A stretch of 52,934 bases of DNA, the filler included, from Catajapyx aquilonaris (taxonomy: Eukaryota): the NCBI GenBank assembly GCA_000934665.2. It is 3 parts of 3 records of this genome, joined end to end, with 100 filler letters (N's around TTAATTAATTAA, not from the genome) between each part and the next. Parts side by side here need not be neighbours in the genome. Positions count along the whole stretch, not along the records: positions 1 to 17,530 come from JYFJ02006927.1; 2 more parts are not named here. One strand, written 5' to 3'. The translations under genes were made by a program, and so were the position numbers. Position 1 is the stretch's first letter. The number at the start of each line of letters is the position of its first letter. Shown piece after piece: positions 1-10,906 of the stretch. A model generated the notes under the pieces. That model ran no database searches. It was given only the letters and a program-made list of their open reading frames with translations, and was not told where the DNA came from.

Positions 1-320
1 CAAGAGTCAGCTATTCTGGAGTACGATAAATTGAGATCTTTACCGACCAGACTTATCCATACTCAAAAGGGCTAATAAGGCATCGACAGAAGTGGTTGAG
101 GATCGCGAATGGGCTATGCGATCAGGTGTAGCAGATGTCCAATTCGCACAACCAGAACAGAAAAAAGGAAGCGTAATATGAGAAAGCAGAAGAAAATCAT
201 ACTTATTCAGAGGAAAAGATAGAGTCTTACATACGGACCATTGCTTCCACGCCCAACCGTATAGGGGGCACCCGAGCTTCCTTATAATTATCCTACACTC
301 CTGCCTACAAAAAGAGGTGA

Positions 321-456
321 GATCCCACCAAAAACATTTCAGTAAAAAAAGGCCAAGTTCTCCTGACTGCTTGGGCGTCAAAAGTGATGAGATCTGAAAT
401 ACCCAAGCAGTCAGGAAAACTTGGCCTTTTTTTACAGAAAGGTTTTTGGTGGGATC
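321..456. repeat. Small foldback element / MITE (55-bp arms, 26-nt spacer)
   Basis: 321-375 is the near-perfect reverse complement of 402-456. Confidence 0.8.
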
Positions 457-699
457 ATTGTTTTCGCGCTAAGTTTCCGTGATATTCATAACGGCAATAA
501 TAATATTAATTGATGCGTGCACTGTATATTTCCTATTTATACGATGGTACCAGTTCTTCGCACGGGGAAAAAAGAGCGTGGATAATTACACCGAAATCTT
601 CTTAGATCTCAAGCAACATTAAATGCAAAACTGCTCATTTCCTTGCATAATTATGTAGGCACTGGAAGGGTGTAAAAATTCTGGTTTGTTTGCGCAATA

Positions 700-1062
700 A
701 AGAGCCACGCACGTTGGCGTCGACGATTTTGGTTTTGGTCTCGTTGATGCCGTCGACCAATCAGAGCAGGCCCCGAGCGCCCACTCTGATTGGTCAAGGG
801 CGGTCAAGGACAAGCTGCTGTTGACACGCTTCAGTTCCTCAGATGCAGGTTTACATGAGCGCTGCATCAGTGCGCAGGAACTCTGCCCAAGCACGTCCTC
901 CTATTCCCCGGTCGCAGTTTCAAGTCGACAGAAACCGCAACCAGAACATATTCAACAGATTTGGTCGACGACTTTCTCTTCGACCGCAGGGCCCGCTCAG
1001 ATTGGTCTGCGGCATCAACGCAACCGAAGACTAGGCCGGCGACGGCCAGTGTGCTTACGCCT
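700..1062. mobile_element. Degenerate MITE, possibly PIF/Harbinger-like
   Basis: Imperfect inverted arms CGTTGATGCCGTCGACCAATCAGAGCAGGCCC (~742-773) and GGGCCCGCTCAGATTGGTCTGCGGCATCAACG (~989-1020), extending outward with mismatches. Confidence 0.45.
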
Positions 1063-1372
1063 TGAGAGATACCAGTCTTTCCTCTCTTCTTTTTCCTCTT
1101 CGTTTCTCTCTCCATCTGTCCCACCGTTGCGTCTTCTACAGCCAGATAGCCATAGTAAAACTTCCATAAGACGAACTTCCCTAAGTCGAAGTTCTCTATA
1201 AGTCGAATAAAATGATGAGCTTGGTTGGTCGCAATGTAAAAGAATAGGAAATAGACTTCCCTAACTCGAATTTCTATAACTCGAAGTTCTCCATAACTCG
1301 AAGTGCAGGCAGGGCCTTACGATGGGATATCAATGCATTTTCAGTCTCCCTAAGTCCAAGTTCATGTTGGCG

Positions 1373-1730
1373 GGGGGAGGTGTGGTGGCCGAGATGGTAA
1401 CGTCTCGTCTTGTTGAGTGAAAGGCCCCAGGTTCGATCCCCGCCTGGGAACTTTCCTTTCACCTGCGTCGGGAGGGTCTCTGACCTGCACCAAGGAGGTG
1501 TCTGGCAACCTAACCTCCTGGGAGACTGCACATGGCCCAAAAGCCAGGACAATGCACCTGCACAAGTGTCCCCTCCCCAACAATCCCTTTCCCTATACCC
1601 TATATCCTAAACCAGCCCTTGCACGGAGATTGAAGTAAAAACAGAAAACTGATAGTAGTATGCCACCCCCCTAAACGAGCCGAATGGCTCGAGCACGGGG
1701 TATCAATAATAATAATAATTTTTTTTAAAA
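1373..1730 (+). mobile_element. tRNA-derived SINE, family 1, full length
   Basis: A-box TGGCCGAGATGG, B-box GGTTCGATCC, (AAT)n tail, 15-bp TSD AAGTTCATGTTGGCG at 1358-1372 and 1731-1745; second copy at 6867-7188. Confidence 0.9.
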
Positions 1731-2255
1731 AAGTTCATGTTGGCGAGTACGGAAAATTGTCTCATTTCCCAGCCGAAGGGTCGAGTAGGCCACATGTGCA
1801 GAAAGGCTCAATTTCCTCATCTCCGTCTACCAGACGTACCGAAAGAAGTGTTTGACTCCATTGTCCATCGCATAGATTTTTTACAAGAAAACAACGAGGA
1901 ACATTGTAAGTGTGATAATGACAGTTATTGTTTAAGTTTTGAACACCTTTCGTCGCTGGATATAAAGGTAGGCTTCCTTATAGAGTTCTGTGCTTTAAAA
2001 AATCCAAACTTCTCTAGCTTGAATCTTCTAGTACTCGAAGTTTTTTCCCGGTCCCATTATGGAGATTCGACTTATAAAAGTTTTACAGAGTTGCTTTGGC
2101 TTCTTCCAAATAAACCTAAACCTAAACCTACCTACCCCCCCCCCCCNCCCCCCCCCCTGCACGCACAACAAACAGTTAACCCAGGGTATAAACGAGGGGC
2201 GTTCTGAACGTTTTCGACTTTTCCTTGAAAAACAAGAAGTAGGAAAACAGTGATA

Positions 2256-3959
2256 CCGTCAAACGGGGGAAGATTGTGCCACTTTCGGAGGTTTTCCTTG
2301 CAAGCAAACCATAGTAATTGATATATCGGAACGAATATTTTATACAACATTACTCCACATCGCACCCTTCAGTTCATGTGTGAAAATAATTTTGATATTC
2401 TAAGGGAGAGTAAATATATACTTTTTTGTGTGGCACAATCTCAACGCGTCTGACGGGTACTGTTGTATTGCTCCAAACATTTCCTTCTGGTGTGCAGGTC
2501 TCACCACATCAGGTCCGCATGAACTGTAATGGCACGTAAAACCACCCACACACCACCCATAAGACAACTGAAAAATAATTGGGCAGAGTAGCCTTCTCAT
2601 TGTATGTTCCCACGAAACGGCTAAATGACTAGATGAATGTGACTAGGAATGGACTGCATTAAATGTGTCGTGGAGAACAAAGATGGGTTCTTCCCAGTAA
2701 TGAGGCAATTCGTCAATAGAAATGCCAAGTTATGAATCAAGAGAGAAGAGATGTTTACAAGCACTTGAAGGACACCCCTGAACTCCTTCACCTTGATAAA
2801 ACACACTGCTTAGAGTCACATGCATGATCCGTCCAAGTCACTGGCTCAAAATGCTGAAATAAAATGCAATAGCATTATTTTCCCTCCGTATCAACAGTTG
2901 AATACAAGGGCGTCGTAGGTGGGCCAGATGAATTTTATTCGTCCGTTCCACGCCCGTGGTCGGTTCGATCAGGTTCGATGTCCAGTTTCGTCGCCGCGAC
3001 TAGTGGCGCTAGTTGCAGTACTACTCGTCTGTCGCTTTGGTCACATCCAATTATCTACTCTTTTTTTTTCATCGCAGAATGTTGGACTTGATTTCCCCCA
3101 AAGCCTCCCACCGATGTTCTTCAGGTAAACTCGCCTCATTACTGTCATACATGAAAATCAGTGAAATAATGGGAAAAAAAGCAGTGGCACAATCTCACCC
3201 CGTCAAGTGTCCTTTTTTCATTCATTTGGTCATAGCTGAAGAACAAATGCAGATTTTAAAAACGTCAACTCATATTTACTACCTTCAATAATGTAGTTGT
3301 CGAAATATTAACTTAATACCTGGTAACGAGAAGCAACTGGCCGCTAACGGCAACCAACACTATACCACCAAGGAGCATATACTACATAAGAGGCGCAAAC
3401 ATTCGATTTCCGCGTTTCTCTGTTTGGGGCGTTGGCAAGGCTGGCGGCCATTTTGAAGTGGGGGCAACGCCAACGAGGGATAAATAGGGTACAGGCAAAA
3501 ATACGGTCCGCCATCTTTGATTCGCGCGTGTTCTTGGCTTCTTGCCGTGTAGTTGCCATGGCCGCCACAACCATCAAAGATGGCGAACCATATTTTTGCC
3601 TGTACCCTATCATTTTATACCTCGTTGGCGTTGCCCCCACTTCAAAATGGTCGCCAGCCTTGGCAACGACCCCAAACAGAGAGACGCGGAAATCAATGGC
3701 GCTGGCCGAAGTTTGCGCCTCTTATGTAGTATATCCTCCCTGATACCACCAAGTGCAAAACTGGAAGAAAATCAAAACTCGAACAATAAATTATTTTACA
3801 GGCCTTATCGTAACAAATGGAGAATTCTCTTCGTGATCTATGTAATGGAATATGCCTAATTTCGCTAGTTTACGCCAGCTGCCAGTAGGTGCGTTGTTGT
3901 CCCAAAAACGCCCTGGCACAATTTCTCCCCACCTGGCACAATCTCCCCCCGTTTGACGG
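2256..3959. mobile_element. pogo/Tigger-like non-autonomous element nested in the mariner
   Basis: TA|CCGTCAAACGGGGGAAGATTGTGCCA ... TGGCACAATCTCCCCCCGTTTGACGG|TA; internal TGGCACAATCTC repeats. Confidence 0.8.
3369..3742. mobile_element. Foldback MITE with 7-bp TSD (P-element-like termini)
   Basis: ~150-bp inverted arms starting CAAGGAGCATATACTACATAAG / CAGGGAGGATATACTACATAAG; TSD ATACCAC at 3362-3368 and 3743-3749. Confidence 0.85.
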
Positions 3960-4795
3960 TAGCCTATCCCCGGACACCAGAATTGGGTATAATGGAAACC
4001 ACCCCTCATTGTCTCTGGCATGCCTTAATAAATATCCGCAGAGCTCGAGTGAGATAATAGATGACGGAACGAGGCTAAAGGTTGTCCGTGCAGAAGACTC
4101 ACTGCACTTTGAACTCCTCTCGATTTTTCCTCCCTTTCATATGATCCACGTATGGATGCTTTGTGAAAATAATATCCCGCGATCATCCCAAGAATGCCTC
4201 TTTTGTGCCCCATTTGAATAACTAATATGAAACTCCTTCATGAAAAAGTGGCCAACTTTCAGAACGCCCCTCGTAGAAAGGAAGGAAGGGTAGCGCCGTT
4301 AGAGCGCGAAGCAGCCGCGTGACGTCACCTAGATGACAAAATCTGGCGCTCATTTTGAAAGGCAGGCGCTCGGCATGGGGAAACAGGCTTTGTGCCAGTC
4401 AGTGACGATGCATTCTGGTTGAGGGGGATGACTGTGCCCAGTATTCACCCATCACTGTCACCCACCACTTGAGTGTACAACGACCAGGCTAGATCCGCTT
4501 TCGTGGGTCGCCTCGCCAACCCTCTATCTGCTAGGTTAGAGATCTCTAGTCCGGCGGCTTCACTTGGTTCACTAGTTCTTTCAACACTTTCGAACATATC
4601 TGGATGTGGGGAAACAATGACCGACCCCGCTGGAGGTCAATATCGCGGGGTTACCATATCTAACAGACTGCAACATGCGAAAGTGACCCTCTGCTAGGTC
4701 GGCCGTCGTGGCCCCACATCAAGATATGCTCAGAAGTGTCCAAATAACTAGTGTACCGAGTTTCATACTTTTATCACAAAATGCAAAGTGCAAAC

Positions 4796-5874
4796 CAGGG
4801 TTGTGAACCGAACCGAACCCTGAACCCGTGAACCCGATAACATTGAACCCGCTCCGGAGCAGTAGAGTCGGGTTCGGAGCGGGCGTGGGAACAGGGCACG
4901 GGTTCAAGCCGGTTCAGGAGCCAAGGTCGGAGCGGGTTCGGGGTTCGGTTCAGGCCAACGGGTTCAGGAGCGGGTTCGGAGCGGGTTCGGAGCGGTTCAA
5001 AGCTTGGTTAGGTACAACATACCAACCCAACAGGGGGAAAGGCAGCAAAACCGCTGGATTTACTCCAGAGTATGCATCATGTCTTCATGGTGGGAGAATG
5101 ACATTTCCAAGCACCCGCGATGCAGGGTGTACCGCAAATGTCACATTTTGATGTCATACGCACTTTTGTACGTTACAATATGTCATGCGCACTTTTGTAT
5201 GCCACAATATGTCAGAGGCCTACCCATTTTTTGGATGTCACATTCTCATGTCATACGCATTTGTTGTATGTCACATTTTCATGTCATAGGCATTTTTTGT
5301 ATGCCACAATATGTCATACCATTTTTGGATGTCACATTTTTATGTCTTACGCATTTTTTGTATGTTACAATATCATATTATTGTGACATACAAAAAATGA
5401 GTATGACATGAGAATGTGACATCCAAAAAATGGGTATAGGCCTCTGACATATTGTGGCATACAAAGTGCGTATGACATTGTGGCATACAAAAATGCGTAT
5501 GACATATTGTAACGTACAAAAGTGCGCATGGCATCAAAATGTGACATTTACGGTACACCCTGTATCGCGGGTGCTTGGAAATGTCATTCTCCCACCATGA
5601 AAACATGATGCATACTCTGGAGTAAATCCAGCGGTTTTGCTGCCTTTCCCCCTGTTGGGTTGGTATGTTGTACCTAACCAAGCTTTGAACCGCTCCGAAC
5701 CCGCTGCGAACCCGCTGCGAACCCGCTCCTGAACCCGCTCCGACCTTGGCTCCTGAACCGGCTTGAACCCGTACCCTGTTCCCACGCCCGCTCCGAACCC
5801 GACTCTACTGCTCCGGAGCGGGTTCAATGTTATCGGGTTCACGGGTTCAGGGTTCGGTTCGCTTTACAACCCTG
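4796..5874. mobile_element. hAT-like foldback MITE family A, copy 1 (almost entirely palindromic, 1079 bp)
   Basis: CAGGGTTGT...ACAACCCTG termini, 8-bp TSD GTGCAAAC (4788-4795, 5875-5882), GGTTC-rich subterminal repeats, ~20-bp internal repeats, symmetry centre ~5375. Confidence 0.92.
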
Positions 5875-5918
5875 GTGCAAACCCTTAGCACTTGGACTAT
5901 AAAGAGTCGTCAATGTCC

Positions 5919-5986
5919 GACGTCACGGTCGACTCCGATTGGGTGGAGTGGTTCTACTCCAGCCAATCGGAGTCGACCGTGACGTC
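5919..5986. repeat. 68-bp near-perfect hairpin containing CCAAT and TGACGTCA words
   Basis: GACGTCACGGTCGACTCCGATTGG...CCAATCGGAGTCGACCGTGACGTC. Confidence 0.8.
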
Positions 5987-6583
5987 ATAGCCGGCCACTT
6001 CTCCCATACTCGCGCAAGATGGCGGCCGCCATAGGACTAAAGAAGTTGAGAGAAGAGAAACACCAGAGCTATCAACCCGAAATCGAAGAAAATTTTGGAG
6101 GCCATGACAGCTCCGTGAAGAGCAGCGTAGGCTAATTCAAATCACGGTCCAAATGGCGCTTGCTAAGGTGGTTGTTTGTACTTGGAAGAATTTTTTTAGG
6201 GCTTTTGGTAGTAGTTATTTAAGGAAACTAAGTTATCTATACGTTCACCCGCCTGTAGACTTGCCTTTGGCCAGTAGACTGAACCCGGAAAACTGGAAGT
6301 GGCAGGTTCAAGTAGGTGAAAGTGAAACCTATTTTCGCACGCTGCATCCGAATCCTAAAACCGCTTGCGCGCAGTTAAAATTTTAGCAAAATTATCGTTC
6401 TTGAACAAGATGCGACTCAAAAAATTGGCCATCATAAACTAGTGTTTGAAAAATTGATATTAAAATTCCGACAGCTTCTTAGTGACTACTGTGGCCATTT
6501 CAAGTGCAAAAAACTCGACTTTTGAGCCCAGGTTTCACTACTTGGGGAACAGATATTTAAAAACTGAGATTCACTTTTTGATC

Positions 6584-6715
6584 TAATATCCTCCTGAGAC
6601 CTGATGTCCAATATATTGGACATCAGGAAAAAAAAAATTGCGTCAATTTCAGTTGACACCTTTTTATTTTTGCTGATGTCCAATATATTGGACATCAGGT
6701 CTCAGGAGGATATTA
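6584..6715. mobile_element. Small MITE whose arms each contain a 26-bp perfect palindrome
   Basis: TAATATCCTCCTGAGACCTGATGTCCAATATATTGGACATCAG ... CTGATGTCCAATATATTGGACATCAGGTCTCAGGAGGATATTA. Confidence 0.75.
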
Positions 6716-6866
6716 TGAGGAACAACGACCAATAAAAATTATTGTGGTTAACTTCAAATCAATCCTGGAAGGTTTCAACCACTTGAGAGTATGAGAGTTA
6801 GGTCCCCCTAATAATTCACATCCACATCCACATGTCTCCGACAAGGTATAATATTTGCAAATTAAT

Positions 6867-7188
6867 TTTTATTGTTATTTAATTTACCCCGTTCTGGGCC
6901 ATTGAGGCCTTTTTGTGGGGTGGATTACCACCATTTAGAATCATTTTTCTTTTTACTTGAAACTCCGTGCAGGGTCTTCGGGATGTAGGGTATAGGGATA
7001 GGGATTGTTGGGGAGGGGACACTTGTGCAGGTGGAGTGTCAGAATGATGGGTCATGTGCAGTCCACCAGGAGGCTAGGTTGCCAGACACCTCCAAGGTGG
7101 GGGACAGAGACTCTCCCGACGCAGGCGAAAGGAAACTCCCAGGCGGGGATCGAACCTGGGACCTTCCAATCAGCCACCACACCTCCCC
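6867..7188 (-). mobile_element. tRNA-derived SINE, family 1, with deletion in the tRNA-like head
   Basis: Reverse-complement homology to 1373-1730 along its length; 10-bp TSD GCAAATTAAT at 6857-6866 and 7189-7198. Confidence 0.9.
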
Positions 7189-7291
7189 GCAAATTAATAC
7201 AATATTATGGAAGTAAAAATAACAAAAGAGAGTAAATTTTGCCAAAAATACACATATTGCGGAGACTGTAACTCATTACACAATACATATA

Positions 7292-9912
7292 CAGTAAAAC
7301 CCCTCTAAGTTGGACACTCACGGTTCCACAAAAAATGTCCAACATAGAGGGGTGTCCAACTTAGAGAGATAGGTACTGTACAGGCTACAGGGTACGGTCA
7401 TGCATGCCCGTTAGGGCGGCTCGAAAAACACTTTTTTTTTTTCGAAAGTTGTAGTTCGCTAGTGAAAAAAAGTTGTGTTGGGCGATCCTTTTAGCAGGCA
7501 AAAATTCTGAGTCATGTGGGTTAATATCCTACGGCTCCGCCAGGGGCGTAAGTGACGCAACTTCCGGCTTTTCGTTTTTTGGTGTGCGAGTACACTTACC
7601 CGGCCTAAACATGAAAAGTTGGGGCCCTTTGGGGGTGAAATGTCGCTATTTTTGCGATATCTTGCACCGTTGACGAGATATTGACCAAAACCCCAGGTTC
7701 AAAAATTACACCGTTCTGCAAAAAAACACTCTCTTTCGCTCTTTTGAAAACTTTTATGTGCGTTTTATGGATTTTGGGGTGCTGAATCCGAATCCGGCAA
7801 CAGATTTGCTCTATCACGTACAGTTTTTGAGATATATCGTTTTAAAACTTTGGACAGTTTACTAGGGGTCTTTCCGAATCAATTGGGCCTAAATGTTGCT
7901 AGACCGCCTTGGATCTTGGTGAAAATAATCACAGATGTACTCATCTATTCCTTAACGCCTCCTATAAAAATTCAACCATATTGCTCAATACTATGATGAG
8001 GGGGAAAATGGCAAACATCTGGAAATGGCTGAGAATGAGGCCTTTTTTGGAGATTTTTTTTTCGGTTAGTGCAAGTGGTCAAACCCCAATGAACAATTGA
8101 ACATATATCAAAAGAAAGGGAAACACCAGGACAATGCGCCTATGGAATTAGTATTCCTCTAAAATGTAAAAATAAATTTTTATAGCATTTCATTTGTCAC
8201 TTGCTCAGTCACATGCCCAAGAATATATTGTGACCTCAACAATATAATCGACTGTCCTTGGCCGACTCCCTCTCGTACCTTTTACACTTATACAAAAACG
8301 TATATCACTGGTTCGGGCAGTCCTGCGGGGAAAACCCTTACGCAGTCCTGGAAATACACTTCGACAACTGTGAAAAACAACGATTCTTGATTTAAGTGTC
8401 GTGTCTCCCAAAATTTGCGTTTTCTCAAAATATGTACGTGATAGAGCCATTCTGACTTCAGATCTGGATTCAGCACACCTTAATCTATATAGTCCATCTG
8501 CTTTTATCCAAAATAGGATTTTTCTGCAGAACATGTTGAGGTCACAATATATTCTTGGGCATGTGACAAATGAAATGCTATAAAAAAATTATTTTTACAT
8601 TTTAGAGGAATACTAATTCCATAGGCGCATTGTCCTGGTGTTTCCCTTTCTTTTGATATATGTTCAATTGTTCATTGGGGTTTGACCACTTGCACTAACC
8701 GAAAAAAAATTCTCCAAAAAAGGCCTCATTCTCAGCCATTTCCAGATGTTCGCGATTTTTCCCCTCATCATAGTATTGAGCAATATGGCTGAATTTTTAT
8801 AGGAAGCGTTAAGGAATAGATGAGTACATCTATGATTATTTTCACCAAGATCCAAGGCGGTATAGCAACATTTAGGCCCACTTGATTCGGAAAGACCCCT
8901 AGTAAACCGTCCAAAGTTTTAAAACGATATATCTCAAAAACTGTACGTGATAGAGCAAATCTGTTGCCGGATTCGGATTCAGCACCCCAAAATCCATACA
9001 AAGCACATAAAAGTTTTCAAAAGAGCGAAAGAGAGTGTTTTTTTGCAGAACGGTGTAATTTTTGAACCTGGGGTTTTGGTCAATATCTCGTCAACGGTGC
9101 AAGATATCGCAAAAATAACGACATTTCACCCCCAATGAGCCACAACTTTTCATGTTTAGGCCGGGTAAGTGTACTCGCACACCAAAAAACGAAAAGCCGG
9201 AAGTTGCGTCACTTACGCCCCTGGCGGAGCCGTAGGATATTAACCCACATGACTCAGATTTTTTACCTGTTAAAAGGATCGCCCAACACAACTTTTTTTC
9301 ACTAGCGAACTACAACTTTCGAAAAAAAGTGTTTTTCGAGCCGCCCTAATGCCCGTGATGAAAACACCTTCATAAAATTTTTGACAGTACGTAGTGTACA
9401 GTACACTACTGTACAGTATTATCCGTAGAGAACATATGGGACTAAAGTACAGTACAGTACAGGGTTACATGATTCTGCGATATGGACCCTCACTTTTTAC
9501 AAAAGAAATCAGTCAGCCTTGACTGTTTCAGTTTGGCCACCGTAGACACCATGAGTTCAGTTTCGATGAGTTTTCGGGCTGCATAAATGGTGTTCATTAC
9601 TTTTGGGTGGGAGAGCTGCTTTCATGCCCCAGATGCGTTATGGTGGTGAGTCATGCACTGATTGTGAGTACTTATGGCCTGAAAAATCCGCAGGCTGGAT
9701 GGAGATTTTTGATCCCATTCACTGTGTACCTGTCCAACTTAGGTGACAAAAAGCGTCCAACTTCCAGGATAGAGGGGTGTCCAACTTAAGAGCTGATGTG
9801 CCCATACAAATGGATATAGGCTTTTCCACGGTTCCACCAAAAAATAATGTCCAACATACAGGGGTGTCTATTGTCCAACATATAGGGGTGTCCAACAACA
9901 GGGGTTTTACTG
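7292..9912. mobile_element. Tigger/pogo-like non-autonomous element split by a foldback insertion
   Basis: TA|CAGTAAAACCCCT ... AGGGGTTTTACTG|TA with repeated TGTCCAAC(A/T)TA subterminal motifs at both ends. Confidence 0.8.
7412..9348. mobile_element. hAT-like long foldback element family B (~830-bp arms, ~290-bp spacer)
   Basis: TAGGGCGGCTCGAAAAACAC...GTGTTTTTCGAGCCGCCCTA, 8-bp TSD ATGCCCGT (7404-7411, 9349-9356); mirror-image ORFs in the track confirm arm identity. Confidence 0.93.
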
Positions 9913-10254
9913 TACCGGTATCGCACAAGTGATTATATTTTCAAATGCTACGTTCTATGATCAGAAACAAATGTTCCATGAAAAGAGTTTTGAGATATGG
10001 TACTCGATTCTGAATGTGGTTCGGCTTGTTGCAATTTGTACCCTAGGACATATCCCATCACCTTTTGTGACCTCGAGGACATCGAAGAGAGATACTTGGG
10101 AAATGTAGAGTTTAGGGATAGGTCCCTCTCCCTACGTACAAAATATTTTGGAAATGTCAAATTCACTAGCACACCTCGTAATGATTTCATGTGGAATGAC
10201 CCATCTCCGAGTCAGTGAGTAGAGTAAGATTATTATGATGTGGATTATTCTCAG

Positions 10255-10824
10255 GTGATGCAAGTGGGACGTCAGAAACGTGACCTTGCCTCCGAGGAGA
10301 ACGATGAGCCTGGAACCAACGTATTCAGAAACGATATGTGGCCCAATGATGCCAAAATGCCGTGGGGGGCCATGCGTCCACGAGAGACCAAGAGGGACGA
10401 CGACCCTTTTTGGGCTGCCCGAGGAAAGAAGTCGACTGTGTCCGAAGATCATCAGCTTATGCAACATGAACCAGAGGGTGAGGGTCGAGAAAAAAAGAGA
10501 CCCCCAATTGATCTCTTGTTCCAAAGCACAGATCCTTTCTGGGCTGCCAGAGGAAAGAAGACCAAGCCGATCTTCTTCCAAGGAAACACTATCTCGTCAA
10601 GCACCGGTGACCCATTCTGGGCAGCACGTGGAAAGCGACACTGGTTCTTCCTGCCCCCCAAAAGGTTTCCTCATTCTTCTCACCACTCGACCACTCAGGC
10701 TTCCATCGCTTCCCACATTCCTTTTGTGTGGCTGCTGGAACCGCCTAGACGAGACAGGCTGACTCAAGAGGCGGAGGAAATGGATGGAGGTGGAAAGGGG
10801 CCTTTTTGGCTTGCAAGGGAGTAG
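10255..10824 (+). CDS. NTL: Natalisin-type neuropeptide precursor, peptide-coding exon (signal-peptide exon not identified)
   Basis: ORF with KR-DDDPFWAAR-GKK, KKR-PPIDLLFQSTDPFWAAR-GKK, ...TGDPFWAAR-GKR and RR-...GPFWLAR-E*. These are dibasic cleavage sites plus amidation Gly, giving the FWxxR-amide C-terminus typical of arthropod natalisins rather than tachykinin FxGxR-amide. Candidate acceptor TTATTCTCAG ends at 10254. Confidence 0.88.
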   Translation: MMQVGRQKRDLASEENDEPGTNVFRNDMWPNDAKMPWGAMRPRETKRDDDPFWAARGKKSTVSEDHQLMQHEPEGEGREKKRPPIDLLFQSTDPFWAARGKKTKPIFFQGNTISSSTGDPFWAARGKRHWFFLPPKRFPHSSHHSTTQASIASHIPFVWLLEPPRRDRLTQEAEEMDGGGKGPFWLARE

Positions 10825-10831
10825 AGATTCA

Positions 10832-10906
10832 GGTGGGAGTCCCTCCGGTGGAAGTCCCTCCGGTGGGAGTCCCTCCGGTGGAAGTCCCTCCGGTGGGAGT
10901 CCCTCC
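10832..10906 (+). repeat. Minisatellite, 5 x 15 bp GGTGG(G/A)AGTCCCTCC
   Basis: Five tandem units with alternating G/A, directly after the natalisin stop codon. Confidence 0.95.

Larger units (their letters stand above)
2193..4273 (-). mobile_element. Degenerate mariner element interrupted by nested insertions
   Basis: TIR CGAGGGGCGTTCTGAA at 2193 and inverted ending 4273, followed by TA; minus-strand remnant WDDRGILF (~4165-4190) resembles the mariner FWD-x-RGI motif. Confidence 0.7.

Noticed and set aside
40..381. 113-aa minus-strand ORF at the window start
   Set aside because: Starts inside a hairpin repeat at a non-ATG codon and shows no family motif.
1373..1450. tRNA-like sequences with A/B boxes (also ~7140-7188, 16166-16240, 24420-24493)
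   Set aside because: No complete cloverleaf; they continue into shared bodies, tails and TSDs, so they are SINE heads.
5130..5550. Regularly spaced ~20-bp repeats resembling a CRISPR array (also 12540-12800, 44968-45156)
   Set aside because: No unique spacers, no cas genes, eukaryotic context; these are MITE-internal repeats and minisatellites.
4828..9291. Many duplicated 60-135-aa ORFs on opposite strands (also 12081-14063)
   Set aside because: By-products of palindromic MITE arms with no protein motifs.
10215..10254. 40-nt GTGAGT...CAG intron linking ORF 9997-10218 to the natalisin exon
   Set aside because: Splicing gives CAG TGA (immediate stop), the phase is wrong and the intron is very short.
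10390..10640. Tachykinin or RFamide identity for the peptides
   Set aside because: The C-terminus is FWAAR-amide, not FxGxR-amide or RF-amide; natalisin fits best.
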